From Octopus bimaculoides (lineage: Eukaryota), in assembly GCF_001194135.2 (NCBI RefSeq), contig NC_068990.1, positions 53,063,545-53,127,544 on the forward strand: 64,000 nt of DNA, given 5' to 3'. Position numbers and translations under genes: made by a program. Positions 26,971-39,610 of the stretch are shown here, one piece after another. Position 1 is the stretch's first letter. Every line of letters starts with the position of its first letter. The notes under the pieces were generated by a model. The model did not search any database. It was not told the DNA's origin and saw only the letters and a program-made list of their open reading frames with translations.

Positions 26971-28180
26971 CATTATTGTTATTGTTATTGTGGTAAGCTA
27001 GTAGAATTGTTAGTGCATCAGGCAAGATACTTAGCAGCCCTTCTTCCAGCTCATTACATTCTGAGTTCAAATTCCACCCAGGTTGACTTTGCCTTTCATT
27101 CTTTTGGGGTTGATAAAATAAAGTACTAGTCAGCAACTGAGGTTGATGCAATCGATTTGCCCATCACCCTCCAAACTGTGTGCCTTGTACTAAATTGAGA
27201 TAATAATAATCCTTTCTACTGAAGGCACAAAGCCTGAAATTTGTGGAGAAATGACCAGTTGATTAGATCGAACCTAATGCGTAACTGGTATTTAATTTAT
27301 TGACCATGAAAGGGAAAGTTGACTTTGGTGGAATTTAAACTTAAAAAATAAGGATGGATGAAATGCTGCTAAGCATTTTGCCTGGTGTACTAATGATTCC
27401 ACCAGCTCACCACCTACTACTGCTGCTGCTGCTGCTGCTGCTACTACTACTACTAATAATAATAATGATGATCATTGTTATTTATTATTATTATTGGTAG
27501 GTGGTGAACTGGTAAAATTATTAGCATGCTTAGTGGTATTTTGTCTGTTCTTACATTCTGATTTTGAATGCTGCTGAGTTTGTCTTTGTCTTTCATCCAT
27601 TTAGGGTTGATAAAATAGGTACCTATCAAGCACTAAGGTCAATGTAATTGACTTACCCCTCCCTGAAATTACTGGCTATGTGCCTATAATACAAAGGATT
27701 ATTATTACTGTTGGTAGAATTGTTAGAACATCACAAAAATGCTTTGCCATATTTGTTCTGACTCTTTACATTCTGAGTTTAAATTCTGCCCATATCAACT
27801 TTACTTTTCATCCTTCCAGACTTGGGGAAATGACGTACTAGTCAAGTACTAAGGTTGACAGTATTAAATTGTCCCTCCCCTCAAAATTGCTAGACTTGTA
27901 CCTAAATTAGCAACCATTGTCATTGTCATTATTTAGAGCAGTGGATTAACAAAATCATTAGGACATCAACCAAAATGTGTTTCAGCATTTATTCTGGCTC
28001 ATTATATTCTAAGTTAAAATCCCATTAATGTCAACAACTTTGCCTTTTACTCTTCTGTCAGGAGGGTGGGGTGGAGGGGGGAATCAATAAAATAATATAC
28101 TAGTCAAGTATGAGAAGTAGTGTAATCAGTAGCCACCCTTTTCCAAAATTTTGGGCTTTGTGCCTATATGAGAAACAATT
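26280..28180 (+). mobile_element. pile-up of 7-8 family A SINEs (one inverted, ~27210-27415) interleaved with (ATT)n/(ATC)n microsatellites
   Basis: Repeated ~200-bp bodies with ttctgagttcaaatt and ctttgcctttcatcc. Confidence 0.88.
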
Positions 28181-28189
28181 ATTATTATT

Positions 28190-29700
28190 TTTGTTTATGC
28201 TTTTGCTCTGGTAGATGTTATACTGACACCATACCAAAAGAGCAAGCCATATCCAATAGCCAGAAGTCCTTTGGGTCATTCTTTCTCCTTTGACTTTCTA
28301 ACACCCTCCTTGGAATCCTTGCTGTTCATAACATGGCTGTTTTCTGCAACAGTCCTGTCTGGATGATAATTCCTAGCTTCTGAAGCCATGCATCAAACCT
28401 ATTACCATCTACTTTCAGTGTGCCAACCACAGTCGGTACCACTTCCAAGTGTCTGATTCTCCATAGTTTCCTTATTTCTCTCTTCACCTCCTGATATCTA
28501 TAAATTTTCTCACTTTCCTTCTCATATCTTGTGGTTGCACTGTGAAGCGATATTCATATTAATTGCTTCATTCTTTTTCTTTTCTACTACAACGTCATGT
28601 TTTGTAGCCACAATAAGAGGGTCACATTGGATGGTTATGTCCCACAAGATCTTATATTATTTGTTTTTAGTAACCCTTTCTAGTTGGTGCTCATACCATT
28701 TCTTACATCTGCTCATGTCATACTTATAACAGAGCTTCCAGTGAACCAATTTGTCAATGTTGTCTTTCTTTCTCTTGTAGTCTTTCTGTGCAAGCCTCTT
28801 ACATTCACTAATAATATGGTGTATTGTTTCACCTTTCTCACTGCACAACTTACTAAGTGAGAGAAGTCACTAACTTGTTAATATTGAACTTGATATAGTT
28901 TGTTCTCTGTGCCTGTGCTTGGACCATGAAAATAAGGGCTTTAGTTTGAACTTTTGAGTTGCTTTTCCTAGTCCAATCCCAGATCTTATCTTTGTCATCT
29001 GTTTCAGGCATTTCCTGCAAGAATTGACCATATATTTTTTTCTTTCCATCTATTGAAGATGCCATTCTGTCTGTCTTGTTGAAATTCCCCCTTTTCATTT
29101 GCTTCATCACTGCTTAGGACTTTTATATTTCTTACTTCTGCCATCAATCTCTCATTTGAATTCTTTACATACCATACCAGATTTTTTTCCTCAGATTTCA
29201 CACACATTTCACAGTTAATGAGACCTCTTCCACCTCTCTATTATGATAGATCTACATCACTGTCCACATCACTTTTGGGGTGTAGTGGCCCTCGTAGTAT
29301 TATCATTTTCCCGGTTTTTCTATCAAGTCCCTGAAGTTCATCACTTTTCCACACCAGCCCTACACTTTAGAGCTGCAATGGGTCATGTGTTGACGGCTCG
29401 TATCTTAGTTGGAAGTCACAGAGGTATCAGCAAATTTGCTGACATCTGTATGATTTGCAACTACTACATGGACATCTCAAAACCAAATAGACTCCCCTCC
29501 TTATAGTGTTTCATCTGTGTTTGGGAATCTGGATATTTTTGTATTTCAAATCTCATGTTTTCCCAACTGGATGTCCTCACTACTGTGAACTCTTGAAATT
29601 GATGTGAGAGTGATTCTCAGTTTGGTCAATTTGAACCAAATGCTGAGAGTAACTTTCATCACATCAATAATGTAGCAAAGTTTTGGGTTTCCATTTATGG
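28190..29700 (-). mobile_element. R4/Dong-like LINE 3' half, degenerate
   Basis: GPLHPKSDV, YGQFLQEMPET, EKGETIHHIISECKRLAQKDYKR and KKWYEHQ; 3' end abuts (ATT)n at ~28180. Confidence 0.85.
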
Positions 29701-30192
29701 ACTGTGTAATCCACTGACGCCCCTCCCTCCCAGTAACCCTGCACTTATGTAGAGTGGAGGATGTATTAATGGTGCTGGTAGGGTCTTTGTGGGGATTGTA
29801 TCATGTCTTTTTAGTTGTTCTGTTTCCAATATTAGTTCACTAAAGTTATTACATCTAGTTTGATAGTATATCAATTTCAACAGAAAATAAATTTTCTAAA
29901 AAATCTATTAAGTGAAAGATATTAAAATTCAATATTTTTTTCAAGCAACTGACAGCTATTTTCCAGGTCTCCTGGCTTTAGTGCAGCCTGCTGGTGTCGG
30001 TTATGGTAACAGTAGAGTGTCCTATTTACTATTAGGAGTTGTAACATTTTCTGCATCAGTCAATTCTCCATTCTATATCCATTGCTTACCTGGTTTGTTT
30101 ACTCTTTAATTATCTAGATTTCTCTTCAGCTAGTGTCATCTGATGGCAATTGATTTCTTTTTTTATAAAGCCCCTCCTTATTATACACTCAT

Positions 30193-30283
<91 letters not shown>

Positions 30284-31260
30284 ACACAATAATAGCTATC
30301 TAGATAGGTTATTCTTTCAAGTCTATACCATACCTAACTTTTGGTCATTTTACTTTCAACAGAAACAACACACACACACAAAGGGCTGTTGTCTTCATCT
30401 CATTGTCTGCTGTATCACCTTACTTTGTCACTTCAGTACTGAACAACTGTAATGCGATGCAGTGTAGTAGCTGCACTTCCGTACACTACTGATAGATATT
30501 GACTGAAATGTAGTTTCCATTGAATCATTGTTTCTCTGGTACTATCAGCAGCAGCAACAGCAGGAGGAAATACTGTTTATATTATGTAATCAGACATGGC
30601 TGCCATTAACTATTACTGGCAGTTTCCTCTGTCTTCTTACATGTTGTGGCCAATCATGATTTGGATGGGGCACTTACAGTTAGTTCAATCTATTCCTATT
30701 TTCTTAATGATGCACAGTTTGTAATACTTTCCCGACATAGAATTTAATATTTAATCTCTCTTAAAATCAGGATAAACAGCTTGATTTCTTACCGTGTTTT
30801 GGTGAAACAAGTTTGCACTTCTGCTGTGGAAGGCTGTGATATAAACATCTGTTGTGTATCGTTGATGTGGAACTGAACCTACTATAAAAACATCCTATTG
30901 AGTCAGTGGTTCAGACTTGAAGCTTTAAAGATGGTGCCCACTGATTATTTAAAAAAATGTTACCTTTTGAGACCATTCTTGATTTATTTTACCATCTCTT
31001 AAATCTTTGGCACACATCTGGTTATAAAGACCATGAAATGTGTTGTGTCTGATCTTTTAAAATGAATCAAACAATTTCATTTACAAATGAGATTTTTATT
31101 CAGAAAACCCTGTGGTAAGACTCGCCAAGAAGATCCTGGTTATTTTTACTCAAGAGATTGAGCAAAGAATTACTAATTTGAAGTTGCAGTCTTGCCTTTC
31201 AATTGTGGTCTAAATTCCTATGGTTATTGTTCTTGAAACATATTTTAGATTTCACTATAA

Positions 31261-31327
<67 letters not shown>

Positions 31328-31949
31328 CTTTCTAACAGTTTTTAGAAATGTCTTGGAGCTTTTCAGAAATTATTCAATAATAAACAAATTTCATTTTCAA
31401 AGCCAATCAGGTTTTAATTTTATAGTTTCACTGATTACATTCAGAACTGAATACTTTGAAAAATTGTCATCAGAAAATGTAATGAAATTGGTGGGAGCTG
31501 ATTTCTTGTTTTGTTTTGTGTAGTAGTCAGATAATAAGATCTAACTGTTCTAGTTCTAACAACATCTTCGATATTCATCTAAATTTGTAGATATGAACAC
31601 CCAACATGCTCTGAACAAAATATTCTCATACCATACAGATTTTTTGACATAGTTTAAAATAAGCAAACTTTCTGGTCATCCATCTTCTTAATTTTTAGCT
31701 GTTTATATTAATTAATCAGAGCTAATTTATTTCATGCTTAGGTTTTCCAACAACTTTCCTGCGAGGAGATTTTGTTGAAGTGTTTCAAGCGATTAAAATT
31801 GTTTATTTTGTTATACCTCTTTTTTTAAATATTTTGTTTTGATTTCTAGTGTTCTTTGGGTATTCAATAATTTGAAACTTTTAAAAGATAAATATCTTAA
31901 TTGACTTGTTATAATATTTAAAGGCTCTATTTTCATTAAAGAACATATT

Positions 31950-32005
<56 letters not shown>

Positions 32006-32310
32006 NNNNNNNNNNNNNNNNNNNNNNNNNNNNNNNNNNNNNNNNNNNNNNNNNNNNNNNNNNNNNNNNNNNNNNNNNNNNNNNNNNNNNNNNNNNNNNN
32101 NNNNNNNNNNNNNNNNNNNNNNNNNNNNNNNNNNNNNNNNNNNNNNNNNNNNNNNNNNNNNNNNNNNNNNNNNNNNNNNNNNNNNNNNNNNNNNNNNNNN
32201 NNNNNNNNNNNNNNNNNNNNNNNNNNNNNNNNNNNNNNNNNNNNNNNNNNNNNNNNNNNNNNNNNNNNNNNNNNNNNNNNNNNNNNNNNNNNNNNNNNNN
32301 NNNNNNNNNN
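32006..32310. other. assembly gap (305 N)
   Basis: N run between (TG)n and (AT)n. Confidence 1.
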
Positions 32311-32677
32311 ATATATGCGCACACACACCTAGAGGAGACTTAGATGCAATGTGCAATGATGTATTTTTATAAGTTTATTTTCACTTCAATACATTTTCAT
32401 GTAACCAATATATTGCAGTATATCAGCCTAATTTTAAACACGTTAATGTTTTTAATTGATAACCTTCTTTGTTTCAATATTACTTTCTGCTACTTTCAAC
32501 TTTAAAATTTAAAATTTAAGGTTCAAATTCCTTCTTCTCTTCTGTTCACATTTTTTTTTTTTTTTACCTCCATATGTCTATCTTATTTTATGTACTGTCA
32601 CTCTTTTATTCATCCACTGTTTCTTTATTACATTGTTTCTATTTCTATAATTATTTCTTTGATCTCAAATGAATGAT

Positions 32678-32762
32678 TCTAATGTTTCCTTTCTCTTTTC
32701 AGGTAAGTTCATTTGGATATGCTTAACCCTTTATGTGATATTTACTGTAATAATCTGTAAGT
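32678..32762 (+). promoter_or_regulatory. candidate recursive splice site with 54-nt RS-exon
   Basis: TTCTAAT branch point, pyrimidine tract, CAG|GTAAGT at 32700-32708, ~180-nt AG-free zone upstream, second donor GTAAGT at 32757. Confidence 0.55.
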
Positions 32763-32999
32763 AAAATGGACTTTACCCCTCCTCCTTTGCTTGTTAAAGC
32801 AACATTTGTCCCTCCAATTTGTTGTCCAACGGACATGATAAAATGGAAAAGAAAATTCTTCACATACTTTATTAAGGTTTCTTTAATACCAGTTTGCATT
32901 TGTAAAATGTACAAGATCAGTGGATTACAGTATTGGACAATTGACTATTGCTTAATATTGAGCTCCTACTGGTGGAAAAAGCTTCATATTTAATGAAGA

Positions 33000-33660
33000 A
33001 ATTGTAGAATTTTTTTCTGTGGTTGTTAATGATACCTTGCATTGTATCTACTACTACTACTATTACATTCCTTAAGAGTCACTTTGATATTTCACTTCAA
33101 GTTGGTTACATCACTACTTTACACATATCGTTGACTATGTACAAGAGCAGTGATGTACAATATCATGTACTTTGTAAGTTTGCAGAGTTCTTTTTTAAGT
33201 TTATGACTTTCTTCTTCAGCTTTAGAATTACGAAGGGATCCTTCTAGAAATAGAAGTATTTAGCTCTTCATTCCCAACATTCTTGATAGTTCTTGTAATT
33301 CTTTGTAGTTTTTTTAGACTTTCGTAAAGATTCTCACTAAGGTACATAGATATCTTCCAGTTGGCAGATTTATTTTCTGTACATCTATGATAACAAGATC
33401 GGATATGTTAGCCACATCTACATATCTATAATAAAAATATCTGGTTTGTTAACAACATTATTTCTACATGTCCATGACGACAAGATTTGGCCTGTTAGCA
33501 ACCTTATCTCTTCATATCCATGACAACAAGATTGACCTATTTGCAGCCTTATTTCTACATATCTATAACATGATTGATCTATTCGCAACCTTATTTCTAA
33601 ATATCCATGACAGCAAAAAATGGCCTGTTAGCAACATTATTTCTCCTCTAAAAGATAAAA
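33000..33660 (-). mobile_element. decayed R4/Dong-like 3' end with tandemly amplified REL-motif segment
   Basis: Minus strand repeats VANRPNLVVMD/VANISDLVIID-type peptides, followed by ELSRMLGMKS resembling the REL C-terminus. Confidence 0.6.
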
Positions 33661-34560
33661 TTTTGACCTGTTGTTGTAGGAGGAGGACATTGAAAAAAGT
33701 ATTGGGGTGACATTGATAGAGATGGTAGTGCTAGCGTCACCAGTGTGTATGTGTGTGTGTGTGGATGTGTGAATAAAGTATGGAACTGAAGTTCAATTCG
33801 AAGATTTCTTTTAAAAATCATTTCCACTTATATGGTTTTTATTGGCAACATGAAGATGAAATGTAAAAGTATCTTCTTACTAGCCATTCTACTAGCAACC
33901 ATATAATAAAGAATAGGTTTTTCTGTTACAATGATTCTTTATTATTTTGGTTGTTGTTTCAATCCTGGCCTTATTGATATTGTTCTAGCAGATTAATATC
34001 TCTCCTTGTTTTATATTTTATACTTTGGCTGCCACGTGTCTTCATAATATTTTTTATAGCTCAATGTAACTATGATTAATATAATCTAACATTCATAATT
34101 GACAGCTCTGATGATTAAATTTCTAGTATGTTTGCTTTTATATTTAATGTTATTGTGGCTTATATGAACAATCACTGGTATTACTTTTCCTTTAAACAAT
34201 TAATCTGATACATTGATAACCTTCTTGTAATGGATGTGCTAACTAAAGCAATAAGCTTTGATATTGGCACAAGTTCTCTATTACATTTCCATTGATTAAT
34301 ATCTCACTAATGACCATAACTGACGTACACTGATGAATTCATGAAATATATTGTATACACACAACATTGATCACTTTATCATCTTACTCCGATCAGTGGT
34401 GTTTGGTCTACCTGTACAGAGAGAATTAGCAGTGTGTATTGACATGGCATTTGCACTGTATAAATAATACATTACACAGATCTGTTATATAAAGTAATGG
34501 CCATCTAACTTCATTGATATTTACACTTGCCATACCTTTTGATAAATGCAAAGAAACACA

Positions 34561-34613
<53 letters not shown>

Positions 34614-34614
34614 T

Positions 34615-34654
<40 letters not shown>

Positions 34655-34804
34655 CAGAGGCTATAGAAGATCTGCCTCACTGAGTTTAAGCTGAGCCATG
34701 TAAACATGGAAAAGTGAATGTTTAAACAGTGTTTAAACATATGGTGAGTTTAGTGGAACGAAGTAAAATAATTTTGGAGGCTATTTTACTATGTACTGTA
34801 TGGA

Positions 34805-34835
<31 letters not shown>

Positions 34836-34919
34836 CAAAGCATGCCGTGAATATTACTTGCAAAATCAACATATTGTTGAGAAGTGGAAGAAATGCAGGA
34901 ATCATGGGAGGAAATGAGA

Positions 34920-36050
34920 GCCATCCAGTTATAGAATTTAAGGGTTTTCTCCAAGCATCGTAGCTGTATTCTTTTGTCTGAACAGTTGAAGGATAGTTAT
35001 GGATAAATCACTTGGAGGACTTGAAGGTGTGAATTTTTGTTGCATATGGTGTATAGAGGGACTTGCTTGAGAGGTTGGCATCAGTTATTGACATCCCTGT
35101 TTCTTATAGGTCAGGGATGAAGGATATGTGCTGCCAGAGGTAGTTTACATAGAACTGGTTGAAGTGACTGAGCTCTGACTAATGATGTGCTAAAGAATTT
35201 AAGTTGCGATGTGTAGTGTAGTGTGTTGAAATATGATGGGTAATCACAATAAAGCAGTGGTTGGATGACCTACTCGTGGCAGTAATGGTACTGATATGGC
35301 AGAGGTTGAATCTGGAGGTGAGATAGGGTTCAAGGGTGTTCGAAGTGTCTTGGGTTAGTTTGGAATAAGTTCAGAGAATGAAATTATTTGTGGCAAAAGG
35401 TTGAGGATGGCAAAAGATTCAGTAACTGCATGAATGCCAGGAAGATTTGTGAAAAATGAAGTCATTGAAGATGATTCCTCAGAGAGAGGTGAAAGGTGAT
35501 AGTTGTTTTTGGTCTATGGATCAAAGACCTAGTGGCAAATGAAAGAGGGAGACTTTGGTCCACACTTACTCAAAATCTGTGTTGCTGATGTCCAGGTGAT
35601 TAGTAGGGTGAGTGGACTCTGTGTATACACAGTTTAAGTGAAGAATGTAGCTTGGATGATATAGGGGGACTATTGTTAAAGGTTGAAAGATTTGTGTTTT
35701 AATGAAGAATAAGGTGTCAGAGGCGCAAGTGGATTGGAGTTCATAGATGTTAGAAAAAATGAAAGGAGATTGTCCAGTGGGTTTAAGATTTTGGTAAATT
35801 TTAGGTTTAGGGAGGTGTAGAGTGTCTCAATGCCTCATAAGGCAAGACCTTATTGAGAACCTGGTCTGACTGCTTGTTATGTAGGAATTCTGCTAAAAGC
35901 ATCAGTGGATCAGAGATGATGTTTATATTAGCTGCATTATGTGACTATCATTCAAACCAAAAGAAGAGGTGCAGGTTCTAAACCATATACAAGAGTAAAT
36001 TAGCTAAAATGGTAAATGGTAACCCAGAAACAAACATGAATACACAGACA
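34920..36050 (-). mobile_element. possible decayed Penelope-like remnant
   Basis: Purine-rich, non-microsatellite sequence with faint PLE-like peptide traces; no intact motif. Confidence 0.25.
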
Positions 36051-36319
36051 ACTGCTACAACAGACTTTCTTTTAGAAATAATTTCTCGTGTATGTGGTGA
36101 AAACGGCAATAATAATAAAAATTTAAAAAAAAGGCATCTGTAGGAAGCGTCCTGCAAGTAGTGTTGAAGAGAAGGGAGAAAGAAGCCAGCAGTAATAGTG
36201 AGGGACTGCCAAGTCTATCAAGTAATCTATATAGATTCTCTAGCAGTAAAAAAAAACACACACACACACACAGCTATTCATGTATATTTGAGATTTTTAA
36301 AGATATATGTATATATATA

Positions 36320-37170
36320 TACGAGGTGGTATTAAAAAATTCCTGGACTAGTTCTCTAGTGCACCAACAGATGGCAGCACACAGTTGTGAGCACAGTGAA
36401 AGCTAGCAGTGACCTTCATGTGGCAGTGTGCCAAGTGACATCGTTTTGTGAAATTTCTGTTTTTGTGTTAACATGTATCATGTAGTCTGCAATTTTGTTA
36501 GGGACAAGAACAAAGAGCCAATGTGAAATTTTGAGTTAAACTTGGGAAGTCTTCTATAGAGACATAGAGCATGCTTTGGTAAGCTTATGGCAATAGGTTG
36601 TGCGCAGTGTTTTGAGTGACACGGGTGCCTCAAAAGTGGGAAAATGTCCCTGGAAGACTTACCATGAGTGTTGCTCCCGGAAATGTGGTAGTGTGCATCG
36701 AGGGCCAGGCTGTCAATTGAGAGTTCTGTGATGTTTTGAAGTGTTTGAGAGAGGATACTTGGCAAAAATGACCAGATCTGTGTAGTGTGAAGAATTGAAT
36801 TCTTTACGACAATAATGCACCCTATCACAGAGCACTCCTCACTTGTGAGTTTCTTGCCAAAAACAGCATGGTATTGCTTCTGCACATGCCCTATTCTCCA
36901 GATTTAGTACCTGCAGACTTCCTCAAGATGAAAATGCAGTTCAAAGTTTGTCTTTTTGATACCATTGTCAAGATACAGAGAGAATTGCAGAAGGTCCTCA
37001 ACTCAAGGAAAATGATTTCCAGGCCGGATTCCAAAAGTGGCAGGAATGCTGGGATTGGTGTATTTCTGTGCAAGGTGACTATTTTGAAGGAGATGATGTT
37101 AAAACTTAGGTAAATAAGTTACTTTTTATTAAACATAACTAGCCCAGGAACCTTTTGATGCCACCTCACA
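36320..37170 (+). mobile_element. mariner, same family as 4293-5187
   Basis: TIRs tacgaggtggtattaaaaaattcctggactag / ctagcccaggaaccttttgatgccacctcac; fragments HMPYSPDLVPADF and ILYDNNAP. Confidence 0.88.
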
Positions 37171-37358
37171 CATGTATATATAAATAATAGACATCCATCA
37201 TCATACTGTCTGATGATGGCTTAGCAGGCTGAAATTTTGCAATCACTGTCAGTAGTATTGTCATATTTCTTTTACTATTGTCCACCTCAACTGTTATTCA
37301 TCACTCCGCTCCAATAATTCTCATACTCTTCATTCACTTATTCTGGTTCTTCTTTGAT

Positions 37359-37395
<37 letters not shown>

Positions 37396-37750
37396 TACTC
37401 ATATGACTTTGATTGAACTAATATTAATACATCTTAGAGCAGTGGGGACTGACGACTCATAGAGTACAAGGTTACCCGACCTCTCTTGCTGAGACCATGA
37501 TAAACTATAGCAGGGTGACATTTGAGTGGAAAAAATGAAGGGTGAAGTGGATCTATTTGTCTTGTTTTGTTGAGGACATGATAGCCTCTCTAATGTTGAT
37601 GTCACAGATTAAATACACTCAAAACACTCTGTAAAGGAATTGGTGGTTGGAGGGGCACCTAATTGTAAAAGCCAATCTCCTCACCAACAAAACTGTAACA
37701 TGAGAAGTGGAATAAAAGGATAATGATATTGATGGTCACATACACATGTA

Positions 37751-38105
37751 TACGAGGTCTGATTAAAAAATATCAGGACTGGTGCTATAGAAAAGAAAAT
37801 TACTGCACGTCAATTTGAAGTAGTCTCCTACTGAAGTCACACAGTTTATTCAGCATTGTTTCCATTGATAGAAGCATTCCTGGTACTCTGTCTTTGGGAT
37901 AGTGAGCAGCTACTTTGTTATATTCTCTTGGAGTTCCTTGAAATCTCGAAATCTTCCACTGTGAAAACTGAGCTTTGGCTTTAGGGTCATAGCCATAGAT
38001 TCACAATTTGTTACCTGTTTGACCATTTTCAAAGAGTTTTCATCTTCCTCAACACCGTCAAGGAGATCCTGTGCAGTTGAAACCCAATCTTCTTTTTGAG
38101 ACAAT
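37751..38105 (-). mobile_element. mariner 3' fragment
   Basis: TIR-like tacgaggtctgattaaaaaatatcaggactgg; VSTAQDLLDGVEEDENSLK and C-terminal GDYF-type sequence on the minus strand. Confidence 0.7.
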
Positions 38106-38785
38106 CACACTCTACACACTTTACTTTCAAGCACTGCTATAAACAATAGAAGTGAGCAAGAATATTATAACTTGGTGTGTATGTGCATGACAGAGTTCAA
38201 AGTCAATCTGTGCCCAGCAACTTCACTCTCTATACTTTAGGTTTGTTACCATAGCAACAATCCCCATACTTTTTGATCAGACCTCATATGTATATTTGTA
38301 TGTATGTGTGTATACATGTGCACACATGCCAGCATGGAAAGTGGACATAAAATAACAATGATAAAGCGTGTGCGTATGGGGAGAGAGAGAGAGAGTGTGT
38401 GTGTCTACCTCTTCCTTTATCATAGATAGACAGAAAATACCATTTGCTAACTTTTGCTGAATGTCCATGTTGTGTGTGTGTGAAATGGTTATGGAGAAAC
38501 ACTTGTCAATGGATGTTTATCTGATTATATAAAGGACAGCTGTGTTTGTGTTTTTACTAGTTTTATGTCTGTACACATGTTTGTAAATTTAATTATCAAT
38601 TTCTATAGTGTTTTATTTTATCTTTTTTTCTTAAAGTTCGTTGATTTATATATCGATAGAGAATTTAAAAAAAAAACATTTGTTTAGAATTATTCTCTTG
38701 CCTGGGTCCTTATGAAGTAGTGCCTATTAAAGTACTGAACTGCTTGAATTAGTTGAGGAAACTGAAAACTTAGAATCAATTTGAC

Positions 38786-38873
38786 GACTATATAACAGAT
38801 TTATAATGACTATATAACAAGTGTATACTGACTATATAACCAGTGTGTAAGGACTATATAAGAGGTGTATAAT
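38786..38873. repeat. 22-bp minisatellite, 4 units
   Basis: gactatataa recurs at 38786, 38808, 38830 and 38852. Confidence 0.8.
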
Positions 38874-39579
38874 AGTTACTGTATTCAAGTACTGGGGTCA
38901 GTGTAATTGACTTGTCCTTCCCCTCAAAATTTCTGCCCTTGAGCCGAAATTTGAAACTATTATTTTATCATTATTGACAGCAGTGTGGTGTGTTAGAATT
39001 GGTAGAGTACATACCAAACTGCTTTTAAGCAACTACTTTGGTCTCCTAAGTGGCCATCCATCCCAGTGTAAACTAGGCTTCACATCTAGTAGATATACTG
39101 ACGGAGTCCTTATCTTAGATATAATGACCTGTTCTATCTTCCAGTTGATCAGTAAAATTATAAAAGGATTTCCTGCATGATACACTGGTGCTGCAAGTGG
39201 GCCCTTTAGGGTGGGGTAATAAATTTTGTATTGGTAATGGGTACAAAGGGAGCAGGGGTGTGAGCAACAGGTAGAAAATCTGTACAGCTTTTTAGCCTGT
39301 CTCCTATTTAGCTATTTCTAAAAAAATCTAAATATATTATGATAAACTGCTTGTTTGCCACTATCATAATGACAGTAACAGTAATGACAGCATCAACTTT
39401 AATATTCAACTTCTAAATGTGAATGAACGAACAAAACTAAACATATGCTGCCTATGCAGGTAAATTATAAACAATAAAGACTATTGTATAATTTAAAAGA
39501 CACTGTCAAACTTGAAGCTGTTTCCATGCATGCAATAAAACCAACCACTACACTTGTAGTATTAAGTAGCATCTTCACT

Positions 39580-39610
<31 letters not shown>

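Noticed and set aside
31104-31114. Plus-strand 11-nt micro-exon
   Set aside because: Frame-shifting length and modest acceptor; indistinguishable from background.
31811-32372. Long ORFs spanning N gaps (also 10149-10712, 54650-55219, 58221-58952)
   Set aside because: Artefacts of N runs.
34325-34360. CTGATGA...GAAA motif
   Set aside because: No stem II or stem I pairing; chance match.
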